Positions 36,013 through 45,448 of a stretch of 64,000 nt of DNA are shown here, one piece after another (position 1 is the stretch's first letter; every line of letters begins with the position of its first letter). The notes under the pieces were generated by a model that searched no databases, was not told the DNA's origin, and saw only the letters and a list, made by a program, of their open reading frames with translations. The stretch comes from a bacterium (GTDB lineage: Bacteria; Hinthialibacterota; Hinthialibacteria; Hinthialibacterales; Hinthialibacteraceae): assembly GCA_963663405.2 (NCBI GenBank), contig CAXXSM010000123.1, positions 830 through 64,829 on the forward strand, read 5' to 3'. The position numbers and the translations under genes were made by a program.

Positions 36013-36284
36013 TTGATAATCTTTATTTTACTGGTTATGGCGGTTAGGGACATTTATTGGGTGAAACACCCGTATTCCATCGACTGCGACAAAGTATATC
36101 GTTTTTTTGTGTAAAAATTAACAGAGGGGTGAGTTTGAAAGTTAAATTAATTGAATTTACTTTTCTATCTTGAATTTCATTCAAAAACCGTGTAATCAAG
36201 AAAAGAAGATTAAACACGATTGATGAGAAACACATTTTCTTATTTCCTTTCAATAAAGATTTTTAGAATCGAAGAAAGAAATCG

Positions 36285-37796
36285 ATGCTCAGTTCCATTC
36301 CCCAACAACATACACTTTTACGGCTCGAAGGAGTCACGAAGCGATTTGGTGGAGTTCCGGCGCTGGACAGTGTTGATTTCAACTTGCGGGAAGGAGAAAT
36401 CCACGCGCTGTTAGGGGAGAATGGAGCGGGGAAATCGACGTTGATTAAAATCCTGGCTGGTATCTATTCCCTGGATTGCGGGTGTGTTCTCCTGCATGAA
36501 AAAACTATCCACATTCATGGAATCTCAGATGCCGATCGCTATGGTATTCGTGTGATTCATCAGGAATTATCACTCGCTCCAAATCTATCCATCGCGGAGA
36601 ATATCTACTTGGGAAGAGAACCGCATCGATGGGGATGGTTGAATCGAAAGAAAATGATGGAGGACGCGGACGCATTGGCGGTTCGGTTGGAATTGAATGA
36701 AATCCGACCAGTTGATCGAATTGTGTCTGAATTGAGCGTAGGGCGCCGGCAGTTGGTCGAAATTGCGCGGGCGCTGTCTTGCGAGTCGAAGATCTTGATT
36801 CTGGATGAACCGACATCATCTCTATCCGATGTGGAGACAGAAGCGTTGTTTGCGGCGCTGCGGAATCTAAGGGCGCAGGGAGTGGGGATTATTTATATTT
36901 CCCACCGGTTGGAAGAGATTATCCGTCTCGCCGATCGAATCACGGTGTTAAGAGACGGGCAGGCGATCGGCACGCAACCGGTTTCTCAAGTCGACCGGCG
37001 GGAATTGGTGCGATGGATGGTGGGACGGGATATCGTGGATCATTTCCACCGGTCCGAGTATGATCCCGGCGCGGTAGCGCTTGAAGCGCGGGATGTGAGA
37101 AACAAGTGGGTAAACGGCGTCAGTTTTGAAGTTCGATACGGCGAGATTCTAGGGCTGGCGGGACTGGTCGGAGCGGGCCGCAGTGAATTAGCGCGGGCAT
37201 TGTTTGGAATCGACGCGATCGATGAGGGAGAAATCCGGATTGATGGAACGCCAGTTTGTATCAATCATCCCTGGGATGCGCTTGGGGTGGGGATTGCGCT
37301 TGTGCCGGAGGACCGCCGCAAAGATGGGCTGGTGATGATTCAATCCCTCGCGTTTAATTTGGCTCTCCCCTGGACAAGGGAATGGAATCCTCCTTTTTTC
37401 CCCGACCGGCGCAAACGGGAATCAATCATTCAAAAAGCGATCGACAATTTCCAAATCAAAACCGCTGATCCCGAACAGTGTATCGACCGGCTTTCCGGTG
37501 GCAATCAACAAAAAGCGTTGGTCGGACGATGGATGGAGAAGCGCCCCAAAGTGTTGATTCTCGATGAGCCTACACGGGGTGTGGATGTGGGGGCGCGGGA
37601 AGAAATGTTCCGGTTGATCAACCAACTTGTGGAAGATGGAATGGCGATCGTGATGATTTCATCCGATTTGGAAGAAGTGTTGAATTGTTCGCACCGCATC
37701 GCGCTATACCGTGATGGCCGGATCATTGGTACGGCGCCGTCCGATTCTCTCACGCCGGAAGAAGCGATGGCGCGGTTAGCGGGCATAAGCGCGTAG
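36285..37796 (+). CDS. Sugar ABC transporter ATP-binding protein (duplicated ATPase, RbsA/MglA-like)
   Basis: Walker A is GENGAGKSTLIKILAG. There are two signature regions (LSVGRRQLVEIARAL, LSGGNQQKALVGRW) and Walker B motifs ILILDEPT / VLILDEPT. Confidence 0.9.
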   Translation: MLSSIPQQHTLLRLEGVTKRFGGVPALDSVDFNLREGEIHALLGENGAGKSTLIKILAGIYSLDCGCVLLHEKTIHIHGISDADRYGIRVIHQELSLAPNLSIAENIYLGREPHRWGWLNRKKMMEDADALAVRLELNEIRPVDRIVSELSVGRRQLVEIARALSCESKILILDEPTSSLSDVETEALFAALRNLRAQGVGIIYISHRLEEIIRLADRITVLRDGQAIGTQPVSQVDRRELVRWMVGRDIVDHFHRSEYDPGAVALEARDVRNKWVNGVSFEVRYGEILGLAGLVGAGRSELARALFGIDAIDEGEIRIDGTPVCINHPWDALGVGIALVPEDRRKDGLVMIQSLAFNLALPWTREWNPPFFPDRRKRESIIQKAIDNFQIKTADPEQCIDRLSGGNQQKALVGRWMEKRPKVLILDEPTRGVDVGAREEMFRLINQLVEDGMAIVMISSDLEEVLNCSHRIALYRDGRIIGTAPSDSLTPEEAMARLAGISA

Positions 37797-37815
37797 GGAA
37801 GGGAATGGAGGATCG

Positions 37816-38784
37816 ATGGTGAAGGCGATGAAAGAGATAGCGCCTCTATTATTGGCGACGGGGATTTTACTCGCGTTTTTTGGATGGTATGTCCCAAACT
37901 TTTTAACGCTTGAAAATATGCTTGATTTGATGCAGCAAGTGTCCGTCAACGCGATTATGGCGTTTGGGATTACGTTAACGATTCTGATTGGAGGGATCGA
38001 TTTATCCGTCGGCGCCGTGATGGCGCTGGTGGGCACGGCGACGGTTTATATCCTCTCGTTCGGTGGTTCCGAATCCCAGAACTTCTTTCTACTTGTGTTT
38101 GCATTATGCGTGGGGCTAGGTGTGGCGGCGTTGTTTGGGGCGTTTAATGGCGTCTGCGCGGCGAAGACGAAAATGCCTCCCTTCATTATTACTTTGGCGA
38201 CGATGCTGATCGCGCGCGGGGCGGCGTATTGCTTCAACCAGGCGCGTCCCATTCCCGTTTCGGATAACCAAACCTTTTTTTTAGCGCTGGGAAATGGACG
38301 GTTGTTTGGATTTCTGCAGGTTCCAGTTCCTGTGATTGTGATGCTGCTCTTATTTGCGCTGACGGCTTTGATCCTGCATCGAACATCCTTCGGTCAACAT
38401 TGCTATGCGATTGGAGGAAACCGCGAAGCGGCGCGGTTTACTGGCATTCCACTGGCGCGGCGGGAAATATCGGTTTATATTCTTTGTTCTTTGCTAACGG
38501 GCGTTGCAGGATTTATTCACACATCTCAGCTCTATTCCGCCGAACCGGATTCCGGGAACGGTTTTGAACTGAACGCGATCGCCGCAGCTGTAGTAGGGGG
38601 CACGAGTTTCACTGGTGGAATCGGCACAATGTATGGAACTCTTATCGGGGCGATTGTGATCGGTATCTTGGATAAGGGTCTCAATCAAGCCGGCGTTCAT
38701 TTTTCCATACAGCGTATCGTGAAAGGATTGGTTGTGTTGGCGGCGGTCTATTTAGATGTGCGGCGCCGCAGCCGTAGTTCATGA
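37816..38784 (+). CDS. Sugar ABC transporter permease (RbsC-like, BPD_transp_2)
   Basis: 322-aa polytopic ORF. GGIDLSVGAVMAL and TLATMLIARG are typical of ribose-type permeases. It lies directly downstream of the ATPase. Confidence 0.85.
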   Translation: MVKAMKEIAPLLLATGILLAFFGWYVPNFLTLENMLDLMQQVSVNAIMAFGITLTILIGGIDLSVGAVMALVGTATVYILSFGGSESQNFFLLVFALCVGLGVAALFGAFNGVCAAKTKMPPFIITLATMLIARGAAYCFNQARPIPVSDNQTFFLALGNGRLFGFLQVPVPVIVMLLLFALTALILHRTSFGQHCYAIGGNREAARFTGIPLARREISVYILCSLLTGVAGFIHTSQLYSAEPDSGNGFELNAIAAAVVGGTSFTGGIGTMYGTLIGAIVIGILDKGLNQAGVHFSIQRIVKGLVVLAAVYLDVRRRSRSS

Positions 38785-38809
38785 GTGTCAGAAATTGAGA
38801 GAAGGAGTT

Positions 38810-39376
38810 ATGACAGAAAGATTGTTTCGGAGAAGTGGATTTACGTTGATCGAATTGTTGATTGTAGTGGCTATTATCGGAATTCTCGCGGCGATCGCCG
38901 TGCCCAATTTTTTAAATGCGCAGATCCGGGCTAAAGTGGCGCGGGCGGAAGCGGATATGCGGAATATCACTACCGCTTTAGAATCGTACCGGTTGGATAA
39001 TAATAAATACCCACCCGCGTCATTAGCGGATGGAGTAACAAGACGAACCGTTTTTTCGCGTTACGCGAGTTTGACCACCCCAGTCGCGTATATGAGCGCC
39101 GTTCCTTACGATCCATTTTTTGCCCGTCCGGATATGGAAATCCCCGCCATCTGGGGCGGTCCCGTCTATGATTATTTTGAACGGGAGACCAGCCATTTAG
39201 CGACCAATCCCTGGGGGCCGGGCGCCAAAGAACGTAATGCGATTTATCTTATTCATTCCTTCGGTCCAGATGGCGAAAACAGCGCCATGAATGTTGGCAA
39301 TTATTATACGATTATTCCGTATCAAACTTCGAATGGCATGACCAGCTTGGGAGATATTTACCGGTTTGGACCATAG
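38810..39376 (+). CDS. Prepilin-type N-terminal cleavage/methylation protein (GspG-like pseudopilin), paralogue 2
   Basis: The ATG at 38810 is preceded by GAAGGAG. GFTLIELLIVVAIIGILAAIAVPNFLNAQIRAK, LTTPVAYMSAVPYDPFF, and a C-terminal YQTSNGMTSLGDIYRFG. Confidence 0.85.
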   Translation: MTERLFRRSGFTLIELLIVVAIIGILAAIAVPNFLNAQIRAKVARAEADMRNITTALESYRLDNNKYPPASLADGVTRRTVFSRYASLTTPVAYMSAVPYDPFFARPDMEIPAIWGGPVYDYFERETSHLATNPWGPGAKERNAIYLIHSFGPDGENSAMNVGNYYTIIPYQTSNGMTSLGDIYRFGP

Positions 39377-39456
39377 TTTTTGTTTTCTGATTCCGAAGAC
39401 CTTTAGAAATAAGAGAAGCGTAGATTATCGAACTCTTCCAACGTGGTTTAGAATTA

Positions 39457-39486
39457 AGCAAGGGCAGAAAAAAGCTTGCCCTTGCT
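39457..39486 (+). terminator. Perfect 10-bp hairpin downstream of the pseudopilin gene (possible terminator or attenuator)
   Basis: AGCAAGGGCA-gaaaaaagct-TGCCCTTGCT. A T run follows only after another 14 nt or so, so terminator function is uncertain. Confidence 0.35.
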
Positions 39487-39547
39487 ACCCATTTCGGGAG
39501 TTTTTTAATAACGATATTCATTATTTTAAAATATAAGGATAGGTATT

Positions 39548-42295
39548 ATGAACCGAATTCATTTGATTCTTCTTTCGTTTTTACTATTTTTCGCAAACAC
39601 TTTTTACGGAGAGTCCAACCATGCGGCTAAGCGGGTGTTATACAATCATCCTGGCCTAATCGTTGATCTGGGTGTGGGGCTATGGGCGGTTCCGTATCCT
39701 GTGGATTGGGATTTGGATGGGGATAACGATTTACTCGTCTCCACGGCGGATGTGCCTTACAAAGGGATGTACCTTTTTGAAAATGATGGATCAGACGTTT
39801 TTCTGTCGGGAAAACGGCTGGATACCGCCAAACATAATTTAACGATTTCCTATCTAAAAGATGGATTTGTGATCTGCGAACCGGGGAAAGCGTATCGAAA
39901 TTTCCGGAAAGAATTATTATCCAATCCAGAACCGATTCCGTACAAACAAGATTTCTACGCAGGCCGCGCCAAACAATGGAAATACGCTGATTTTGATGGA
40001 GATGGTTTATACGATCTTCTCTTTGGGATCAGTGATTGGCGTGACTATGGCTGGGATAACGCGTTTGACGCGGAAGGAAATTGGACACGGGGACCGATTC
40101 ATGGGTATGTGTACTGGGCCAAAAATGTGGGTAGTCAGGACAATCCTCAATATGAGAAAGCGGTAAAAATAGATGCGGATGGCCGTCCTATCGATGTGTT
40201 TGGGTGTCCGAGCCCTAACCTTGTGGATTGGGATCAGGATGGGGATCTTGATTTAATCTGCGGCGAGTTTATGGATGGAATCACCTTCTTTGAAAATATC
40301 GGCAGCCGTACTGAACCTAAGTATGCCAAGGGAGAGTACTTACGATCCGAAGGACATCCTATCCGGATGGATCTACAGATGCTGCAAGTTGTGGTATTTG
40401 ATTGGGATCAGGATGGCGATGTGGATATCATCGTTGGTCAGGAAGATGGGCGTGTGGCGTGGATTGAAAACCGTGGAATGGGATTTGATGGAATACCGGT
40501 CTTGTCTCCGCCTAAATTCTTCAAACAACGCGCGCATGAGCTTAAATGCGGCGCGTTGACGACGCCCTGTTCGGTAGATTGGGATGGGGATGGGGATGAG
40601 GATTTGATTTGCGGTAATACCGCCGGGTATATTGAATGGATTGAAAATCTGGATGGCGCCAATCCTCCAAAATGGGCGGCTCCCAAACGGCTGGAAGCGG
40701 ATGGAGATGTCATTCGCTATCTCGCTGGAGAAAACGGCTCCATCCAAGGTTCAGCGGAAGCGAAATGGGGATATACGGTTCCCTATGCCGCCGATTGGGA
40801 TATGGATGGCCTGCCGGATATTTTGGTGAATACGATTATTGGGCGTATTGAATGGTTCCGCAACGTAGGAACACGATCCAATCCTGTCTTGGCGGAAGCG
40901 GAGCCTGTGTGTGTGGAATGGCCCTCTTCCGCGCCGAAGCCATCATGGAATTGGTGGAATCCAAAACCGGGTGAATTAGCCGTTCAATGGCGCACACGGC
41001 CTGTCGTTCTTGATTGGAATCGGGATGGCCTTAATGATTTGATCGCGATGGATCATGAAGGGTTTCTCTGCTTTTTCCAACGGAAAAGGGAGAATGGCGC
41101 ATTAATCACGTTACCCGGTCAAAGGATATTTCTTGATGAAGAAGGCAAAGCGTTAAATCTTTCTGGAGGTGAAGCGGGGAAAAGCGGACGAAGAAAACTC
41201 GATCTCACGGATTGGGACGGCGATGGGGATTTTGATATGCTGATTAATAGTCCCGGTTCGTCTCCAACGGAAACCCGCAATATCGCCTATTATGAAAATA
41301 TCTCAAACGAATCCAACCAAGTTGTTTTCAAATATCAAGGAGATATTACATCAGACCGGTTGGAAGGGCATACCACGTGTCCCACAACATGCGATTGGGA
41401 TCAAGATGGGATTCGCGAACTGCTAGTGGGCGCTGAAGATGGATTTCTATATCATTATTCAAGAACATCGCTTGTTTCACTGGATCATGCGGACTGGGAA
41501 TCGGCTTATGCGGATAGCAATGGTATCCGGCTGCATTATTGGCGCACGGGCGGGGAAGGCAAGCCTGTGATGATCATGGCGCATGGGATCACGGACTATG
41601 GATTGAACTGGACATCACTGGCGGAGAAATTCCAAGAAGATTACGACATCATCATGTATGACGCGCGTGGCCACGGATTTTCGGATAAGCCTGACGGACC
41701 GTACGACTTGGCTACGCATGTCGAAGACCTGGTGGGATTGATTAACACGCTAGGTGTCAAGAAACCGATACTAATCGGACACTCTATGGGTGGAGGGACA
41801 GTCGCCCTGACCGCCGCTACCTATACCGATCTGTCACGCGCTGTAATCCTGGAAGATCCAGCCGATATGCTTAAACATCTATCACCACTGGATGAGTCGA
41901 TTATCCCTCAATGGAAGAAAATGATTGAAGCGGATAAAGCGATGGACAAAGATAAACTGATCGAAATGGCGCGAACGAAACGGCATCCAGGATGGCCCGA
42001 TATCGAATATGAACGTTGGGCTGAATCGAAACGGCTGGTCATTCCGAATGTCGTTGACATTCTTTCTGGAAAAGGTTTCGGCGACGCCAAAGAAACCTAT
42101 TCAAAAATCACCGTTCCCACACTCATCCTAAAAGCCGACGCCAAAGAAAACGAGCGGAAAAAACATCTTGAACTCGCCTCTCTCCTGCCAAATGGAAAAC
42201 TGGTCCATGTTGATGGGGCGGGGCATTTGATCCGGCTTGATAAACCGGAAGTGACTGTCCGGTTGATTCGGGAGTTTCTCGCAGGGCTGGATTAG
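39548..42295 (+). CDS. Secreted FG-GAP/VCBS beta-propeller repeat protein fused to a C-terminal alpha/beta-hydrolase
   Basis: Signal peptide. There are about ten DWDxDGDxDL-type loops (VDWDLDGDNDLLV, VDWDQDGDLDLIC, FDWDQDGDVDIIV, VDWDGDGDEDLIC, ...). The C-terminal hydrolase shows MAHGITDYGLNW, the nucleophile elbow GHSMGG, and GAGHLIRLDKPE. Confidence 0.8.
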   Translation: MNRIHLILLSFLLFFANTFYGESNHAAKRVLYNHPGLIVDLGVGLWAVPYPVDWDLDGDNDLLVSTADVPYKGMYLFENDGSDVFLSGKRLDTAKHNLTISYLKDGFVICEPGKAYRNFRKELLSNPEPIPYKQDFYAGRAKQWKYADFDGDGLYDLLFGISDWRDYGWDNAFDAEGNWTRGPIHGYVYWAKNVGSQDNPQYEKAVKIDADGRPIDVFGCPSPNLVDWDQDGDLDLICGEFMDGITFFENIGSRTEPKYAKGEYLRSEGHPIRMDLQMLQVVVFDWDQDGDVDIIVGQEDGRVAWIENRGMGFDGIPVLSPPKFFKQRAHELKCGALTTPCSVDWDGDGDEDLICGNTAGYIEWIENLDGANPPKWAAPKRLEADGDVIRYLAGENGSIQGSAEAKWGYTVPYAADWDMDGLPDILVNTIIGRIEWFRNVGTRSNPVLAEAEPVCVEWPSSAPKPSWNWWNPKPGELAVQWRTRPVVLDWNRDGLNDLIAMDHEGFLCFFQRKRENGALITLPGQRIFLDEEGKALNLSGGEAGKSGRRKLDLTDWDGDGDFDMLINSPGSSPTETRNIAYYENISNESNQVVFKYQGDITSDRLEGHTTCPTTCDWDQDGIRELLVGAEDGFLYHYSRTSLVSLDHADWESAYADSNGIRLHYWRTGGEGKPVMIMAHGITDYGLNWTSLAEKFQEDYDIIMYDARGHGFSDKPDGPYDLATHVEDLVGLINTLGVKKPILIGHSMGGGTVALTAATYTDLSRAVILEDPADMLKHLSPLDESIIPQWKKMIEADKAMDKDKLIEMARTKRHPGWPDIEYERWAESKRLVIPNVVDILSGKGFGDAKETYSKITVPTLILKADAKENERKKHLELASLLPNGKLVHVDGAGHLIRLDKPEVTVRLIREFLAGLD

Positions 42296-42451
42296 TGTTC
42301 AGGTTTGTTTTAAATCGTATTGTCCCATCCTTTATGTGACATTGATAACCTTCCAACAAACTGGGAATTCATATTGACGCCTTATCATTTCCCCGTTAAT
42401 TTAGTGGAAGCGCGATTTGATTTACATTTTCTATAGAAAAGGGGAATAACG

Positions 42452-43891
42452 ATGTGTAAATCTTGTAGTGATTCTACTTCTGGAGTGCCACGGCGTGATT
42501 TTATGATCGCAATGAGCGCTATGACGGGGGCCGCTCTTACGGGGCCGGGTGTTTCCTCCGCCCGTTCCACCAACCAGCGCGCACCCGCGGTGGTAACGTG
42601 CGCTTTCTTGTATCCTCCAACAAAAGACCTGGATGAGGTGGGGTATTATAGTTGGCCGGGATCTAGTTTTGACGCGGAAGGGCGGGAGGCGCAGTACCGG
42701 AAAGTCCTTGCGCAATTCGAGCGGGATTTAGGGATCAAGATAGATGTTGAACCTAAACCATTGGATAAAGCGGAAAGCGTCGATCAGTTTCTATCGAAAA
42801 TCAAAGGGACGCAACCGGATGGTTTGCTTTTAATTCCTTTTAAAAAGAGTCATTTTGAATCCGTCGCTCGAATTGTCGAAGGGACCGATATTCCAACGGT
42901 TGTGATGGCGACGATGGGGATTTTATTGAACCGGCATGTTCAGATGTTCCGGGATAAACCGGGCGTCCATCTGATTAATTCGTTAGATAATTTTGATGCG
43001 ATTTCTGATGGATTAAAGATGATCCGCGCAAAGCGATGGATGAAAGAGAGTCTCATCGCGGATATCAATGTGATAGAACCTGGTGAGACGGAAACGCCTT
43101 TTCTCGGCACTCGCGTCCGTGTCGTGCCTGCTGAAAAATATATCGCTGAATGCAAACGGTGGGAGGATTCTGAGAAAGCGAACGCTTTGGCTCGAACTTA
43201 TCTTGATGAGTGCAGTGGAATCATTGAACCGAATGAGAAAGATGTTTACGCTTCCGCGGCGTCTTATTTCGCTTTGAAAGGCGTTCTCGAAAAGGAAGGC
43301 GCCGACGCCGTGATGATGAATTGCCTTCCCGGATTGAGCCGTCCGCATAAGCATGTTCCGCCTTGTATGGGCTTTATGAATCTGCGGGATGAAGGAATCG
43401 TCGCCGGCTGCGAATCGGATCTTGACGCGACGCTCTCCATGATGTTGATTCAGACCTTGTTTGATAAACCGGCTTTTCAGCACAATCCATCCATGGACAC
43501 GATTCGAAATCTGTACTTTGGCGCGCACTGCACAGCTCCATCCAAGATGAACGGCAAAGATTCGTCCAACCAAAATTATATTCTGCGCAGCCATGCGGAA
43601 GCGGGATGGGGCTGTGTCCCACAAGTGTTATTTACCATCGGGCAGGAAGTGACATTCATCAAGTATCTCTCTCGTGAAGATCCACCACAGATGTTGATTT
43701 ATGGTGGTGAAATCGTCCGGTGTCCTGACAATCCGCCTTGTGGAGGGTGCCGTACGAATGTAGAAATCAAGTTGAAAGAATTGGATGACGCGCGGGATGT
43801 CAAAGGACATCACTTATGTCTCTTTTATGGAGATTCCATGCGTCAAATGCGTCAATTCTGTAAACTCTTTGGCATTCAAACTGTGTCTTAG
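42452..43891 (+). CDS. Tat-signal protein with L-fucose/L-arabinose-isomerase-like region (uncertain)
   Basis: The leader is VPRRDFMIAMSAMTGAALTGPGVSSA. The segment GIVAGCESDLDATLSMMLIQTLFDKPAFQHNP resembles the catalytic-core pattern of FucI/AraA-family proteins. Confidence 0.4.
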   Translation: MCKSCSDSTSGVPRRDFMIAMSAMTGAALTGPGVSSARSTNQRAPAVVTCAFLYPPTKDLDEVGYYSWPGSSFDAEGREAQYRKVLAQFERDLGIKIDVEPKPLDKAESVDQFLSKIKGTQPDGLLLIPFKKSHFESVARIVEGTDIPTVVMATMGILLNRHVQMFRDKPGVHLINSLDNFDAISDGLKMIRAKRWMKESLIADINVIEPGETETPFLGTRVRVVPAEKYIAECKRWEDSEKANALARTYLDECSGIIEPNEKDVYASAASYFALKGVLEKEGADAVMMNCLPGLSRPHKHVPPCMGFMNLRDEGIVAGCESDLDATLSMMLIQTLFDKPAFQHNPSMDTIRNLYFGAHCTAPSKMNGKDSSNQNYILRSHAEAGWGCVPQVLFTIGQEVTFIKYLSREDPPQMLIYGGEIVRCPDNPPCGGCRTNVEIKLKELDDARDVKGHHLCLFYGDSMRQMRQFCKLFGIQTVS

Positions 43892-43921
43892 CGCCATTAT
43901 CAACACAGATAGGAGAAGTAT

Positions 43922-45310
43922 ATGCGAATTTATTTCATGGGCGCCGCTGGCGGCGTGACGGGATCCATGCATTTATTGGAAATCAATGGGAAACGCATTT
44001 TGTTGGATTGCGGCATGTATCAAGGCCGGCGGGAGGAAGCCAATCAGCTGAATCGTCAGCTGCCCTTCGCGCCGGAAAATATCGATATTGTTGTCCTCTC
44101 TCATGCGCATATCGATCACAGCGGCAGCCTTCCATTGCTTTGCCGGAAGTACAATGGAGATATCTTCTGTACATTGGCGACGCGGGATCTGTGCGCGGTG
44201 ATGTTGATGGACAGCGCGCACATTCAAGAGAAAGACGCTGAGTTCTATAATAAAAAAATCGCGTCCAATCCCGCGGAGTACATTACGCCGATTTATGGAT
44301 TCAACGATGTGGAAAAATGCCTGGGACAGTTTATCGCGCTGAATTACGATCGTCCTTTCACGCTTTGCGATGGAGTCACAATGACCTTTCATGACGCGGG
44401 TCACGTGTTGGGATCCGCCATTGTAGTCCTTGATATAACAGAATCGGATAGTAAAAAGCGTCTTGTCTTCAGCGGCGATCTCGGCCGGAAACGGATTCCT
44501 ATCTTGAAGGATCCCACCTATATTTCAGATGCGGATTATATGATCTTGGAAAGCACCTATGGAAACCGCAGACACGATCCAATTGAAGTCGCGGATGAAG
44601 AGTTGGCGGATGCGGTCAACACCGTCTATAAACGGAAAAGCAAGCTGATTATTCCCGCGTTCGCGTTGGAGCGCGCGCAGGAAATCCTATACAACTTCCA
44701 CAAATTGTTGAAAGCGAACAAAATCCCGCGCCTACCCGTCTACATTGATAGTCCTTTAACGATCAAAGTAACGGATATTTTCCGATTGCATCCGGAATGT
44801 TATGATGAAGAGATGCAGGCGTTGTTTGACGTGCGCGATGATCCGTTCGATTTTCCCGATTTGGAAATGGTCCGGAGCAAAGAAGATTCACAGTCGCTTA
44901 ACGACCAATCCGGCCCGATGGTGATCATTTCCGCTTCCGGGATGTGCGAAGGAGGGCGGATTTTACATCATTTACGGAATAATATCTCCAATCCGGATAA
45001 CATTATCCTTATCGTTGGATTTCAAGCGAAAAACACCTTGGGAAGAAAAATCGTCGAACAATATCCCACTGTTCGTATTTTCGGCATGGAGCATTCACTG
45101 GACGCGGAAGTGCGAATCATAAACGCTTACAGCGGTCATGCAAGCATGGATGGTCTCGACGCGTTCGCTCTGGCTTCCCAAAAAACGTTGAAAAAATTGT
45201 TCCTTGTGCATGGAGAGCCCGAACAGAGCCACGCCATGGCAGACCGATTATCCAGCAATGGTTTGCCTGAAGTTATCGTCCCCGCTCGCGGGGATTTTGT
45301 GGATATATAG
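43922..45310 (+). CDS. MBL-fold metallo-hydrolase of the beta-CASP (RNA-metabolising) family
   Basis: GSMHLLEINGKRILLDCG, HAHIDHSG, DAGHVLGSA, ESTYG, a late SGHAS, and LVHGEP. Confidence 0.85.
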   Translation: MRIYFMGAAGGVTGSMHLLEINGKRILLDCGMYQGRREEANQLNRQLPFAPENIDIVVLSHAHIDHSGSLPLLCRKYNGDIFCTLATRDLCAVMLMDSAHIQEKDAEFYNKKIASNPAEYITPIYGFNDVEKCLGQFIALNYDRPFTLCDGVTMTFHDAGHVLGSAIVVLDITESDSKKRLVFSGDLGRKRIPILKDPTYISDADYMILESTYGNRRHDPIEVADEELADAVNTVYKRKSKLIIPAFALERAQEILYNFHKLLKANKIPRLPVYIDSPLTIKVTDIFRLHPECYDEEMQALFDVRDDPFDFPDLEMVRSKEDSQSLNDQSGPMVIISASGMCEGGRILHHLRNNISNPDNIILIVGFQAKNTLGRKIVEQYPTVRIFGMEHSLDAEVRIINAYSGHASMDGLDAFALASQKTLKKLFLVHGEPEQSHAMADRLSSNGLPEVIVPARGDFVDI

Positions 45311-45448
45311 AAAAGCGGCGCTGTGGATAGAATTTTTTGACTCAATAGATTATCCCTTCCAATTTTATGCTTTCCCTGGATCACAAAACGAATGTAATAT
45401 ACATCATGGAATGAGTCTTTAAATTTTACAAATAGGGGTAGCTGTGTC

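Noticed and set aside
43013-43624. 203-aa minus-strand ORF
   Set aside because: It is nested antisense inside the 479-aa Tat-signal ORF, with no motifs and no independent start context.
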